NCBI RefSeq assembly: GCF_963921235.1
Contig: NC_086108.1
Location: 36,582,001 to 36,646,000 of the forward strand
Reading direction: 5' to 3'
Source of the DNA: Mobula hypostoma
Lineage: Eukaryota
DNA length: 64,000 nucleotides
Below, in pieces: positions 35,175 to 48,533 of the stretch. Position 1 is the stretch's first letter, and each line of letters starts with the position of its first letter. Made by a program: the position numbers and the translations under genes. The notes under the pieces were generated by a model that was given only the letters and a program-made list of their open reading frames with translations, did no database searches and was not told the origin of the DNA.

Positions 35175-38174
35175 GTGGGAATCAAATTAAAGGGGCTAGG
35201 TGTGAGGAGGTTAGTTCACAACAGAGGGATGGGAACCAGTGCAGAGGAGACAGAGGGGTGTAAAGTGAGCGTAGAAGCAAAAAGTACAAAGGGGAAAAGT
35301 AAAAGTGGCAGGCCGACAAATCCAGGGCAAGCATTAAAAAGGGCTAAGAGAGTTGTAAAAGAGCGCCTGAAGGCTTTATGTGTCAATGCAAGGAGCATTC
35401 GTAATAAGGTGGATTAATTGAAAGTGCAGATTGTTATTAATGATTATGATATAGTTGGGATCACAGAGACATGGCTCCAGGGTGACCAGGGATGGGAGCT
35501 CAACGTTCAGGGATATTCAATATTCAGGAGGGATAGACACGAAGGAAGGGGAGGTGGGGTGGCGTTGCTGGTTAAAAAAGAGATTAACGCAATAGAAAGG
35601 AAGGACATAAGCCAGGAAGATGTGGAATCGATATGGGTAGAGCTGCGTAACACTAAGGGGCAGAAGACGCTGGTGGGAGTTGTGTACAGGCCACCTAACA
35701 GTAGTAGTGAGGTCGGAGATGGTATTAAACAGGAAATTAGATATGTGTGCAATAAAGGAACAGCAATTATAATGGGTGACTTCAATCTACATGTAGACTG
35801 GGTGAACCAAATTGGTAAAGGTGCTGAGGAAGAGGATTTCTTGGAATGTATGCGGGATGGTTTTTTGAACCAACATGTCGAGGAACCGACTAGAGAGCAG
35901 GCTATTCTGGACTGGGTTTTGAGCAATGAGGAAGGGTTAATTAGCGATCTTGTCGTGAGAGGCCCCTTGGGTAAGAGTGACCATAATATGGTGGAATTCT
36001 TCATTAACATGGAGAGTGACGTAGTTAATTCAGAAACAAAGGTTCTGAACTTAAAGAGGGGTAACTTTGAAGGTATGAGACATGAATTAGCTAAGATAGA
36101 CTGGCAAATGACACTTCAAGGATTGACGGTGGATATGCAATGGCAGGCATTTAAAGGTTGCATGGATGAACTACAACAATTGTTCATCCCAGTTTGGCAA
36201 AAGAATAAATCAAGGAAGGTAGTGCACCCGTGGCTGACAAGAGAAATTAGGGATAGTATCAATTCCAAAGAAGTAGCATACAAATTAGCCAGAGAAAGTG
36301 GCTCACCTGAGGACTGGGAGAAATTCAGAGTTCAGCAGAGGAGGACAAAGGGCTTAATTAGGAAGGGGAAAAAAGATTATGAGAGAAAACTGGCAGAGAA
36401 CATAAAAACGGACTGTAAAAGCTTTTATAGATATGTAAAAAGGAAAAGACTGATAAAGACAAATGTAGGTCCCCTGCAAACAGAAGCAGGTGAATTGATT
36501 ATGGGGAGCAAGGACATGGCAGACCAATTGAATAATTACTTTGGTTCTGTCTTCACTAAGGAGGACATAAATAATCTTCCAGAAATAGTAAGGGACAGAG
36601 GGTCCAGTGAGATGGAGGAACTGAGCGAAATACATGTTAGTAGGGAAGTGGTGTTAGGTAAATTGAAGGGATTGAAGGCAGATAAATCCCCAGGGCCAGA
36701 TGGTCTGCATCCCAGAGTGCTTAAGGAAGTGGCCCAAGAAATAGTGGATGCATTAGTGATAATTTTTCAAAACTCGTTAGATTCTGGACTAGTTCCTGAG
36801 GATTGGAGGGTGGCTAATGTAACCCCACTTTTTAAAAAAGGAGGGAGAGAGAAACCGGGGAATTATAGGCCGGTTAGCCTAACGTCGGTGGTGGGGAAAC
36901 TGCTGGAGTCAGTTATCAAGGATGTGATAACAGCACATTTGGAAAGCGGTGAAATGATCGGACAAAGTCAGCATGGATTTGTGAAAGGAAAATCATGTCT
37001 GACGAATCTCATAGAATTTTTTGAGGATGTAACTAGTAGAGTGGATAGGGGAGAACCAGTGGATGTGGTATATTTGGATTTTCAAAAGGCTTTTGACAAG
37101 GTCCCACACAGGAGATTAGTGTGCAAACTTAAAGCACACGGTATTGGGGGTAAGGTATTGGTGTGGGTGGAGAATTGGTTAGCAGACAGGAAGCAAAGAG
37201 TGGGAATAAACGGGACCTTTTCAGAATGGCAGGCGGTGACTAGTGGGGTACCGCAAGGCTCAGTGCTGGGACCCCAGTTGTTTACAATATATATTAATGA
37301 CTTGGATGAGGGAATTAAATGCAGCATCTCCAAGTTTGCGGATGACACGAAGCTGGGTGGCAGTGTTAGCAGTGAGGAGGATGCTAAGAGGATGCAGGGT
37401 GACTTGGATAGGTTGGGTGAGTGGGCAAACTCATGGCAGATGCAATTTAATGTGGATAAATGTGAAGTTATCCACTTTGGTGGCAAAAATAGGAAAACAG
37501 ATTATTATCTGAATGGTGGCCGATTAGGAAAAGGGGAGGTGCAACGAGACCTGGGTGTCATTATACACCAGTCATTGAAAGTGGGCATGCAGGTACAGCA
37601 GGCGGTGAAAAAGGCGAATGGTATGCTGGCATTTATAGCGAGAGGATTCGAGTACAGGAGCAGGGAGGTACTACTGCAGTTGTACAAGGCCTTGGTGAGA
37701 CCACACCTGGAGTATTGTGTGCAGTTTTGGTCCCCTAATCTGAGGAAAGACATCTTTGCCATAGAGGGAGTACAAAGAAGGTTCACCAGATTGATTCCTG
37801 GGATGGCAGGTCTTTCATATGAAGAAAGACTGGATGAACTGGGCTTGTACTCGTTGGAATTTAGAAGATTGAGGGGGGATCTGATTGAAACGTATAAGAT
37901 CCTAAAGGGATTGGACAGGCTAGATGCGGGAAGATTGTTCCCGATGTTGGGGAGGTCTAGAACGAGGGGTCACAGTTTGAGGATAGAGGGGAAGCCTTTT
38001 AGGACCGAGATTAGGAAAAACTTCTTCACACAGAGAGTGGTGAATCTGTGGAATTCTCTGCCACAGCAAACTGTTGAGGCCAGTTCATTAGCTATGTTTA
38101 AAAGGAAGTTAGATATGGCCCTTGTGGCTACAGGGGTCAGGGGGTATGGAGGGAAGGCTGGGGCGGGGTTCTGA
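35175..38174 (+). pseudogene. CR1 ORF2 (APE endonuclease plus RT), one in-frame TAA at 35415-35417
   Basis: NARSIRNKVD* continues in frame into GITETW, GGGVAL, YRPP, GDFN and SDH, then [26 protein letters not shown] and FADD. Confidence 0.95.
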
Positions 38175-39593
38175 GTTGGATGATCAGCCATGATCATAAT
38201 AAATGGCGGTGCAGGCTCGAAGGGCCGAATGGCCTACTCCTGCACCTATTTTCTATGTTTCTATGTTTCTATCTCTGATCCTCTGATGAGTACTGGCTCA
38301 TGGACTTCTGGTTTCCCTCTCCTGAAGTCAACAATCAGTTCCTTGGTCTTATTGACATTGAGTGAGAGCTTGTTTTCATGACAGCCAAATTTTCAATTTC
38401 CCTCTTGTATTCTGATTCATCACCATCTTTGATATGGCCCACAACAGTGGTGTCATCAGCAAACTTGTATATGGTGTTGGAACTGTACTTGGCCACACGG
38501 TCATAGGTGTAAAGTGAGTAGAGCAGGGGGCTAAGCACACATACCTGTGGTGATTCCCTTGTGCTGATGGAGATTGTGGAGGAGATGTTTTTGCCAATCC
38601 AAACTGATTGGGGTCTTCAAGTGAGGAAATCCAGGATCCAATTGTACAAGGGGGTAGTGAGGCCCAGGTCCTGGAGTTCACTGATTAGTTTTGAAGGAGT
38701 GACAGTATTAAATGCTGAGCTGTAATCAATAACGATCATCCTGATGTAGGCATCTTTGCTGTCCAGATGTTCCAGGGTGTGTGACGAGCCAGTGAGATTG
38801 CATCCACTTTGGACCTGTTGCTTCAGTAGCAAAATGGAGTGGATCAAAATCCCCACTCAGATAGGTGTTGATATGCTTCAATACCAGCCTCTCAAACACA
38901 TCATCACTGTGGATGTAAGTGCCATTGGGTGATAGTCATCGAGACAGATTACCAGGCTCTTTTTGGGGACTGGCATGATTGAAGCCTACTTGAATCAGGT
39001 GGGTACCACACTCTGCCAGAGTGAGATGTTGAAGATAACCGTGAACACACCAGCCAGTTGGTCAGCACAGGTCTTCAGTACTCCATTTGGACCAAGTGTT
39101 TTCCTGGACTCACTTTCTTGAAGGCAACCCTTCAAATGATGGTTGTATCATAAAAATATACAGTTTTTAAAATGCATGAATGCATTGGGTTAGAGAAACT
39201 TTTCTTGTATCAAAGATGTTATCTAAATGGGTATTGTGGTTGTAATTGAAATTCATATCATAGTACTATAACGTGTTTGAGCAGTAGTTTACAATGTTAT
39301 CCAGGTATGGGCTGACTTGAGTTATTTGGCATCATTATGAGGATGCTGTGAAATTGGGATCAATGAGTGAAGAATTATTAGTGTACAGACCTATATGACT
39401 GTAACATCTGGTGATCATTCTTTACAAAGTATAGGACTGTAGTAATGTGGATTGACAGAAAAGGACTGACACCATTATTTGGAAAGGATTTAACCTCTTC
39501 CTCATCTATGTGTCCTGGACATAAGTGGCTATGCATTGCATTCTCATTTTATTAGTTTTCTCGTGTGTAACCACACTTGACAATTTACAAATA

Positions 39594-40369
39594 AAGTGAA
39601 TTCCAGTTAATTGGACACATTGGTACCAATACATTTTGGCCTAATTAAGCAGCTGACCCAGTGAGCTGAAATTTCATGGAAATAGTTAAAAGATGTGAAA
39701 AAGACAAACTACCATTTAACTGAATAACAATTTATGTATTTAAATGAAATACAGAGCAAATTAGAACACTAATAATACCTCCACAGTACTATAAAACTGT
39801 ATATTAGTTCCTAATAGTTATTGACAGAGGAATTCATCTGCTGAATACTTTTGATTAATTGTAAATGAATAAAATTATCACAGACATCTATTGCAGATAA
39901 TGGGCTGCCTTTATACAATGCTTTAGACAGTTGGTTCTTCAAAATCTTCACTTTTGTTGTAACATTCAAGAAGATCATTTCATTTTCACTCAAGGCCGTT
40001 TCTGGCACCTCCAAGCCTGAATGCTTGAAACCGCAGTGAGCAAAATGGTTCTGAATTGTCTCGCTGCTTATTTCTCGCCAACTATGAGTGACAATAATCA
40101 CTGCTTTGTGGCCACAAACACACACAACAGATACTATTTAAAAACTAGGCGTTCTAAGCATGGTGTAGTGTCTAATGGCCACAACTATGCGACTGATGCA
40201 GGCTAAAAACTGTTTGGCAATAGTATCCTGCCCTAATTAAATGGCACATTGCCCCAAATAAACAAAGAGAATCCCAGCTATTTTCTGGATTAGTTTTTGT
40301 TTTTTAAGAGTTGTCCAAAATAAATGGTTCTCACAATTAACTGATGGCCCAATTAACCGGAATCCACTG
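39594..40369 (-). mobile_element. pogo/Tigger-like DNA transposon, internal-deletion derivative
   Basis: TA at both ends (39592-39593 and 40370-40371). Degenerate TIRs AAGTGAATTCCAGTTAATTGG and CCAATTAACCGGAATCCACTG. Minus ORF SWREISSETIQNHFAHCGF matches the pogo transposase C-terminal W..V...TI.N.F..CGF motif. Confidence 0.75.
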
Positions 40370-42074
40370 TATATCATGACCTCTGAAGTGCCAGCCCCTT
40401 GTTTGAACGTGTAAGCATTATGATATTTCCAGTGGAACACTTCAGTGTAAATACCTGGTACTAAACTGCAGTCGTGTTTCATCAGTGTAATTCAATGCTA
40501 ATGCTAACAGTTGTTTTAGGGAGATGTAATTAACAAGGATCTGCTTATGATATGGTGCAAGCAGGAAGTAATTATAGATTCTTATTGAAGAACATAAAAC
40601 CAGCATTTCTGTCTTAATTTGCATAAATATTTTATCTGTAATATGAAATTGATTCACTATTGTTATTTGCATATTAATTAATGTACAGCTTCAGTTCACA
40701 TTTCACCCTGTGGATTTATTAAGTGCACCCATTTTATAATAATTGTTTTAGTTGCATTTAGTATGAATTGGGGATATCAATACCATGCAGTTACTATCTT
40801 AATTACAATGCAGTTATGAAGATTGGACTCATGTGTCAGGCCTAACCAGGATGGTGGTTTGATTCACTGGACATGAATTACACCCTGAAATAAAACAACC
40901 AATCTTTTTTAGAATTACAGTTCAATTAAGACGGTGAATAAATTTGACAAAGACACTCAACTGTTCCCTCAGTGGTAATAAATGACTTAACTTTAAACTA
41001 AAGAACATTATAAATGATGGACTTCCAGTGAAATCCACTGTTCTTAAAATAGTAAATATTTCTCAAAAATGAATCATGCATTCATAGTTATATTCACTAA
41101 CTTTATTTGACGGACCCTGCCAATTATAAATCACCTGAACATCCTTGGAGTGGTAATGAGATTGGAAGACTTCAAAAACTTCAGAACTCTAGCTCAGTAA
41201 TTGATTGTAAAATAAACCTCAGTGAGTAGAAATAATCTCACTATTGTTTCCTTTTGAAATCCCTTTGCTGATTTTTTTTCTGCATGTGAAATTTTACTGA
41301 GATCCCAGATCAAAATGGCAATGCATTTGCCTCCTTTACAGTGCATTTCTCTGAAGATCCCTGATTTTTCTTATGTTTGTGCCGTTGAGTTAAGTAGCAT
41401 CTAAAAATATGCTATATGATTATGTTTAAAGGCTACAATTCCTTTTGATGGTTTCTATTTGACATAAAATGGAAAATTTGGAATGCACTTGGTCACTTTA
41501 TCCCATAACAGTGGCATCAGTGCCAAGTTGTTTGTTTCCAATCAGTAGAATGATACTGGCTGGGTAAGCTATCAGCAACATGGTTTTAGCTGCTAACGTT
41601 TCCAATAACTGCTTAATTGCACTTGGAGAATTCTAAGTCTTGAGTTGTCCAGTTTGGGCTGTTGGCTTCTGGACTCTGGTAAGTACGGTTCAGCATTGAT
41701 GGAATGTTAGGCAAATACTGTGGATTTCATAATGATCAGAGCAGACTCTGAGAAATTTGGCCTATTTTGATTTTTCCCAGATGGCCAGTTAACCAGATAA
41801 AAATAGAAAAAGTTTTTCATATTTATGTATAATTTTTAAATGCCTTTTAAAGGAAATGACAAAGTGTGCGGCAGGGGGAGGGGTGCGGTGTTGTTGACGA
41901 ACATCTGAACGTGACTGTTGTGAACAGCACTGTGCAAATATAATATCCTCCTTTCCTTCTTTGTAAGTATAACTTCTGAGAAATCATTCCTCAGTGGTGA
42001 ATATTTCAAAGAATCATTATTCCTTTGGTGGAATAGTGAGTTGGAACTGATAACATTTGACCAGTTGAGAACCA

Positions 42075-42560
42075 AAAGCAGAAGAACTCAGTAGGTCAGA
42101 CAGAATCTGTGAAGGTAAATTGTGTACGTCAACTTATGGATCAAGATTCTGCATCAGGACTGAGTTTTAAGTTGGTAGAGAGGATAGGACTGAGAATGGG
42201 ATGGATTGGGCAGAAGGAATATCCCTGTTAGAATGAGAGTGAGGTTGCCAAGATGATTCTTGTGTTTATAGAACTTGTGGATCTTAGTTTACAGATTAAT
42301 GAGGGCAGTTAGAGAGCTGTGAAATGTAGGTCAAACTGCTGCTGAACAATGAAATCAAAAGGAGAATGCTTCAAACTCCCAGCAGATCAGGCAGTGTCTG
42401 AGGAGAGAGGGAAAACTGAATTAATATTGCAAATACATAATGCAAAAAATTGGTGCGTTCTGATATAGACTTAGTAAGACAGTAACGTGGAATTGTCAAA
42501 TTTGACAGTAAATCCTGAAAATTTCAATGTGTCCATATAGAAGACAAGGTGTTGGACTGC
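42075..42560 (-). mobile_element. Penelope-like terminal remnant
   Basis: gaagaactcagtaggtcagacagaatctgtg ... ctgcatcaggactg, and a second terminal block (aactcccagcagatcaggcagtgtctg). Confidence 0.45.
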
Positions 42561-42649
42561 TCTCATAAATATATGTCATAGAATGCCAGGATACTGGGTG
42601 CTTATTTCAGCATCAATAACATTTAGAGGTTGGTAAAACAATACCTCTT

Positions 42650-43157
42650 TCACCTCAGATGGTTGAGGAAATTTGGTATGGGCCCTCAAATCCTAAGAAC
42701 TTTCTACAGGAAAACAATTGACAGCATCCTGACTGGCTGCATCGCTGCCTAGTAATAGAAATGTACTTCCATTTATCGCAGGATTACGCAGAGAGTGGTG
42801 CGGACAGCCCAGTGCATCTGTAGTTGTGAACTTCCCATGATTCAGGACATTTACAGGTGTGTAGAAAGGGCCCGAAGGATCATTGTGGGCCCAAGTCACC
42901 CCAGTCACAATCTATTCCAGCTGCTACCATTCAGGAAATGGTACTGCAGCATAAAAGCCAGGACCAGCAGGCTCTGGGACAGCTTCTACCACGAGGCCAT
43001 CAGACTGATTAACTCACGCTTTGACTTGAGTGTATTTCTATGTTACATTAACTGTTCTATTTATTATAAATTACCATGATTGCACATTGCACGTTTAGAT
43101 GGAGACATAACGTAAAGATTTTTACTCCTCATGTATGGGAAGGATGTAAGAAATAAA
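42650..43157 (+). mobile_element. Rex1/Babar 3' fragment, same family as 4674-6088
   Basis: Reverse-complement match to 4674-5190, with the same AATAAAGTC(AATTC)n tail. Confidence 0.85.
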
Positions 43158-43984
43158 GTCAATTCAATTCAATTCAAATGTGGTTTCTGCAAAATCTCTC
43201 ATAAATTACTTGATAGTGCTAGACTTGAAACCAAAACAAGGTAGTTTTGTTTCTCAGGCAAAAAACAGTCTGCTGGTGGATCTCACAGATGATGCCTGAC
43301 CTGCTGAGTACCTCCAGCAGATTGTTTTATTGCTCCAGATTCCAGCAGCTGCAGACTTCTGTGTCCCTAATTTTGTTTCTCAAGGCTCGCAGATGTGTCA
43401 GATTTCCCTGGGATGGCGAGAAAGAAGTAGACTGATGTTTGTAATGGGGACTTCGTGTTGGAACAATGTTCTAATAAATTGTTTGATCCTATCCTGAGTG
43501 CCCACCTTTTTACTTCACTTCGTCAGTTGCTTCATTAATCCCCATTGCTTCAACTATTCCCATAAATACAGAAATTGCAGTCAGCTTCATCAACTTAACC
43601 ATCATGTTTTGCGAATCAGGATGGTAGGTCCTATAAATGAATATGGAAGAGCAAGTCATAATTACTGCAGCATTAAGACACTGACCTTGTATCTCAGATG
43701 AAAGCTCTTCATTGTCTAACTGCTTAGACTGTCAAGTACTGTGATAATGGAAAATGAGTCTGAAGAAATACATCACCTTCTGAGTCATTTAGTTAATTGG
43801 GCAATCAATCATTGGTGAGCTTTAAAAGTTGAATTCAAAAGTAAAATGTAAGATGAGCTGGTCATCTGCACACAAAAAGAGGAAATACTCATGGGCAAGT
43901 TCCTTTTTTTTTGCTATTTTGATATTTTGCCTTAAGTTATCTTTAAGTAAATGCAATTCCCTCTCCAGGCTTGATGGCTACCTC

Positions 43985-44736
43985 TGCTAACAGCCACGTG
44001 ACTCAGCAGCAAGAAGGCCAGCTTTCACAAGCAATATACGTCTAGGGTCGGTATGATTTGGGGTTCAACCAAACAGGAAGTTTGGGATGATCCGATTAAC
44101 GGGACCACAATTGAATGAATGCTGTGGAAGTACTGCCCATACACAATTATTGGTGGCAAGAAATAACAAATCATACACCACATAAAATTATAAAGAAAGT
44201 ATATTTGCTAATTTCAGCTTTATCAAACAGTTATTAAGAGAAAGAAACGAAAGAAAAGGGAAAAAAATAAAAGAGCGCATTACAGTTAAGTCAGCCTAAA
44301 TGTGCACATGAGCTCATCTCTTCCAAAAGCTGGATAAAGCCATTAATCATGACGCTGAATTTTCATCACCAATCACTGGTAGAGCTTCTCATGTTGGACT
44401 CATTCATCTTGTGAAGCACTTCTTGAATTGTGTCTTCCCATCAGATTGAATCTCATAGGCGTCTCTCCCGATTTTCTCTTTACTGCATCTCCCTCCAAAA
44501 GACCACAGACCCCGCCAGTGTCTGTCACAAATCTCTCTCTGCTCAGCTTTTTCTCCAACCTTCTCCCAATTCCACCCTCCTGATTGGCTGACACCACATT
44601 CCTAAGTTGATCAACAAACCTCCTTATCTTTAGTTGAAACCAAAACATTCTACCAGCAGGACACAGTACTTTTACAGAAAACTACTAAATGAAATACCCC
44701 ACAGCATAGCAATAGAAATTTTAAACAGGGCATACA
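43985..44736 (-). mobile_element. Probable solo LTR (Gypsy-like)
   Basis: TG...CA ends, ~750 bp, non-coding, CCAATCAGG box on the minus strand. No TSD seen. Confidence 0.4.
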
Positions 44737-46654
44737 GAAGTTACCATCGAAACTTTGTTTTGAGTTGTCTATCTTTCTATGGTTTGAAAGCTCACTATAG
44801 GGAGAATTGAATAGGAATAAGCATTATTTTACCTATGTGCATCGGACTTGATTTTTTTTCTAGATTCTCAAATTATTTCCTCTATTATCTGAGACTGACA
44901 CTAGTTTTAACTTTAAAGATCTCCATGTAAAGTCATTAGTGATTGCTCTAATTCCTCAGCATGTGTTACTGTGATATTTTCTGTTTTCCTTTACTCTTAT
45001 TGTACAATTTTTAATTCTGTTCATTTGCAAGATATCAGTTCTGAGGAGAAAAATGTAATAGTTTCACTTACTGGTAGTGCAACCCTATATGTGTTGCGGG
45101 ATAGAATGTGGAGAGTCTTGAGTAGTCTTGGCCTATTTTTCTCAAATTTTAGAATGAGATGTGATCTTGTTAAACCCCTAAATCCTTGCAGTGCTTGACA
45201 AGGTGTGTACAGCGTGAGCATCTAGAAGCAATGGCCATGGACTCAGAATAAAATGTAGCCTATTTAGGATTCTGTTGAAGTGCAACGAGTGTCTGGCCAC
45301 AGAGAATAGCTCACTGCATATGTGCAGCATCCTTTTCACTGTAGAATCATGAGCTCACTGCTGGATATCATCTTGTGTCCATGGAGAGCAGACATCTGCT
45401 AATGAGTAGCATTTTACTGCTCTTTGAGGGTCTCAAGGTGTTCCTGAAGAGCTTCATGTTGCTCCTGTATGGTTAAAACTAGACCTCATGCTGTATCAGG
45501 GTAAGACTACACAGAAGCTGGAGGATGTTGTGTTGCCTTTGATTGTGGCTCCCCAGTGACTTCACATGCACCAGTGCGTGCTGTGTGATCGGATTATCAC
45601 CAACCACTTACAAGAAAAGTACATATAACCTTCAGAATGGATTCTTGGCTCAGCACGAGCCCTGTGAGAACACAGAGATTGATTCCTCTATGCTCCTTTC
45701 CATTTGCATTCAGCTAGGCAGGGATGACAAGGTACCCACCATCTTGATGTGTAAGCCTTGAGAGGACAGTATCACATGTGGTTCTCATATAAATCCTCTG
45801 GGAATGTATGAATTCCTGGGAAGCCTCCTGCCACCCCTGGCAAGAACCTAAGCTGGACTACACTGAAGGCCACCAGTACTTCCCTAATCTTCATGCCACA
45901 CATCTTGCCAGTCTTTGAGGAAGTTCCATGGGATGTCAATCATGCATTTTGGTCATCACTATCATTTCCGTTCATCTCCACTTCCATTCTTCCTTGGTGC
46001 TTCTCTTGCCCTGGCTCCTGATATTCTGGAGAAAGAACCAGGAGCATTTCCTCAAATACTGCAAAGGCAGGTATGCTCTCATACACTACTGGAGATACAG
46101 TGGCATACATGGTAATGGAGATATCAACAGTGGATCAATTTATACAAATGTGGTAATCATATCAGTAAACATAGAAAACAATGTCTCTCTATCTTAAATG
46201 GACCATTGCCTTCATATAAATGTGACCCTTAAGTCCAGATTCTTCATGAAAGGAAGCATTTCACTAATCAAGGTCTTTCAGGATTTTGTCCTTCATTCAA
46301 GTCCCCTTTCATTCTTCTAAACTCCAGTGTATACAAGCCCAGCCTAAGCACCATTTACTCATTGGCCAGCCTTCCCATTTCAGGTACTTACTTCAGATGC
46401 TTTCTCTGAACTGATGTCAATGCATTAGCATTCTTCCTTAAATATCTCTTTGCAAAGAAAGCATGCTTTATTCATCAACGCTGTGCAAACCGAATTATTG
46501 CGTGGTAGTCAGTGCCATTGCTTTGTAGCTCCATAAATGGGAAGTTCACATGTTCGCCTGGTCACCATATGTGTTTCCTCTGGGTGCTTTGGTTTCCTAC
46601 CACATCTAAAAGACATGGCGGTAAATTAACCCTTGGTGTGGATTGCTTCCCATA

Positions 46655-46990
46655 ATGGGAGAATCTGTTTCTAATAGTGGATGAGTCTAGGACTGGAAGT
46701 TACAGCTTTAGAATACAAGGAAGGGTCCTGAGAACAGAAGTGAGGGAAAATTTATTTAGGCAAAGGTTGGTGAATCTGTGGAACTTATTGCCACATATAG
46801 CTATGGAGGCAAAGTCATTGGGTAAATTTAAAGTGAAGGTTGATAGTTTCTTGCTTTGCAAGTGTATCAAAGGTAATGGGGAGAAGACAGGAGAATGGGG
46901 TTGAGAGGTATAATACTGCAAGTCAGCCATGATGGAATGGTGGAGCAGACTCGATGGGCCCTACTACTGCTCCTATGTCTTATGGTCCTA
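46655..46990 (+). mobile_element. CR1 3' fragment, same family as 921-1530
   Basis: SRTGSYSFRIQGR..RQRLVNLWNLLP, then a 3' UTR with a ttatggtc tail. Confidence 0.8.
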
Positions 46991-47579
46991 CAACAAAAAT
47001 GGAAGTTAATTGGCACACTGAGGGATAATGAAGTGAGGAGATATAAGGAATGGACGCAACAGGACTAATGGAATTGATACCCTGGGACTTCATGAGCCCA
47101 ATGGGCTGAATGGCCTCCCATTTTGTTACAAGATAGGAAATCTCCAGAAGCTACTTGGAAGAGCCAGGTGTGTGACAGCTTAATGCCACACCCACCCTTA
47201 CAGTCACAACGATATTATCTTTATGCTGCTTGGCAGATGGCAAATTTCAATGATGACCTCATTTATGAAGGCAGTCAATACAAGTGAGTCTGCTGCTAAA
47301 GTCATCCAAAAGAATTGCTCCCTGGAAATTCACTTTGTACTGAGAACCCTCTGTACTTCTCTACCAGTGATTTTTTTTCTGCATTGAATAATCTATTTTG
47401 GTTCTCCAAAGCCAACTGGAAGACACATTAGTAAACCCATGCCAAGGTCTTTACAGTGGCAGCACAAATGTACTTTGGTGCCTCTGAGACTTACTTCAAC
47501 CCAACTTAAAAACTAGCAACTTATCCATAAATATATCATGTTCAACTGTGTGGTTTAAGGAGGGCATAGGCCTGAGCAT

Positions 47580-48533
47580 CATTCAAGTGGCCTTAACCTT
47601 GTCATGGTTTGGAGACTTGCATGCCTCAAGGACTCAAAGAGCTATGCTAGGCCTTTGGCTCTTGGTAGGGTCACCCATGCCAAACAAGTCAAAAGGTAGA
47701 GGCCAGGCTAAGGGTGATCCACCAGTCCTCCAGGTTCAGGGATTCAGCTCAGGGCTAACAACCCTAAAACTTCTATAGGGGTACTGTGAAAAGCATTCTG
47801 GCAGGCTGAATCAATGTCTTGTATGGGGCGGGGGAGCTACTGCACAGGACTGAAAGAAGCTGCAGAAGGTCGTAAATTTAGTGGGATCCATCTTGGGTAC
47901 TAGCCTAAAAAGTATCCAGGGCATCCTCAAGGAACGGTGTCTCAGAAAGGCAGCGTCCATTATTAAGGACCTCCAGCACCCAGGGCATGCCCTTTTCTCA
48001 CTGTTACCATAGGGTAGGAGGTACAGAAGCCTGAAGGCACAAACTCAGAAATTCAGCATCAGCTTCTTCCTCTCTGCCACCTGATTCCTAAATAGACATT
48101 GAACCCATGAACACTACCTCATTTTTAAAATATATATTATCTCTGCTTTTGCACAATTTTTAATTTATTCAATATTTGTATACTGTAATTGATTGACTTC
48201 TCTTCTATATTATGTATTGCATTGAACTGCTGCTGCTAGGTTAACAAATTTCACGACACATGCCAGGGATAATAAACCTGATTCTGATTCTGACTGGTCA
48301 AAAAGGACTGTTACAGAAACAGAAATGAAGGATCCTTCGACTTCTGTATTCCCAAGGCTCCACTTGGACCTGCATAACTGGCAGTAGTGAAAACTGAGAG
48401 GAAGCCATTGGCAAATGAAGGAAACCTTGATCATTGCCAAGACCAAGACCAAAATTGGCCAAAGACAGACAAAGTTGGAGGAACATCACTGCTGCCCTAA
48501 ATGCCAGCAGGCATAGCAGGCTGTAAGTAAGTA
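47580..48533 (+). mobile_element. Second copy of the bipartite RTE-derived element, split by a Rex/Babar fragment
   Basis: 12-bp TSD with 2 mismatches, AGGCCTGAGCAT (47568-47579) and AGGCTAGAGCAT (48534-48545). 3' end reads AKDRQSWRNITAALNASRHSRL* then (TAAG)3. Homologous to 3854-4201. Confidence 0.75.
47766..48292 (+). mobile_element. Rex1/Babar 3' fragment
   Basis: DNA for FYRGTVKSIL..KAASIIKD..HPGHALFSLLP.GRRYRSL. AATAAAC(CTGATT)n tail. Confidence 0.8.

Larger units (their letters stand above)
34691..38270 (+). mobile_element. Young CR1-clade LINE with partial ORF1 (SGNH esterase) and near-intact ORF2
   Basis: 3-bp TSD ATC at 34688-34690 and 38271-38273. (TTTCTATG)n tail. Both ORFs present. 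Confidence 0.95.
33966..39125 (-). mobile_element. Rex1/Babar LINE, decayed, split by a CR1 insertion
   Basis: 3' part 33966-34690 (ERVSNFKFL..KKARQ..LPSGRRY..RFKNSY). 5' part 38271-39125 ([38 protein letters not shown]). Confidence 0.85.

Noticed and set aside
41590..41684. Candidate exon ending in GTAAGT
   Set aside because: All frames from the nearest long acceptor contain stops; at most non-coding.
45300..46120. Possible old Tx1/L1-like 3' remnant
   Set aside because: Too decayed to assign by eye.
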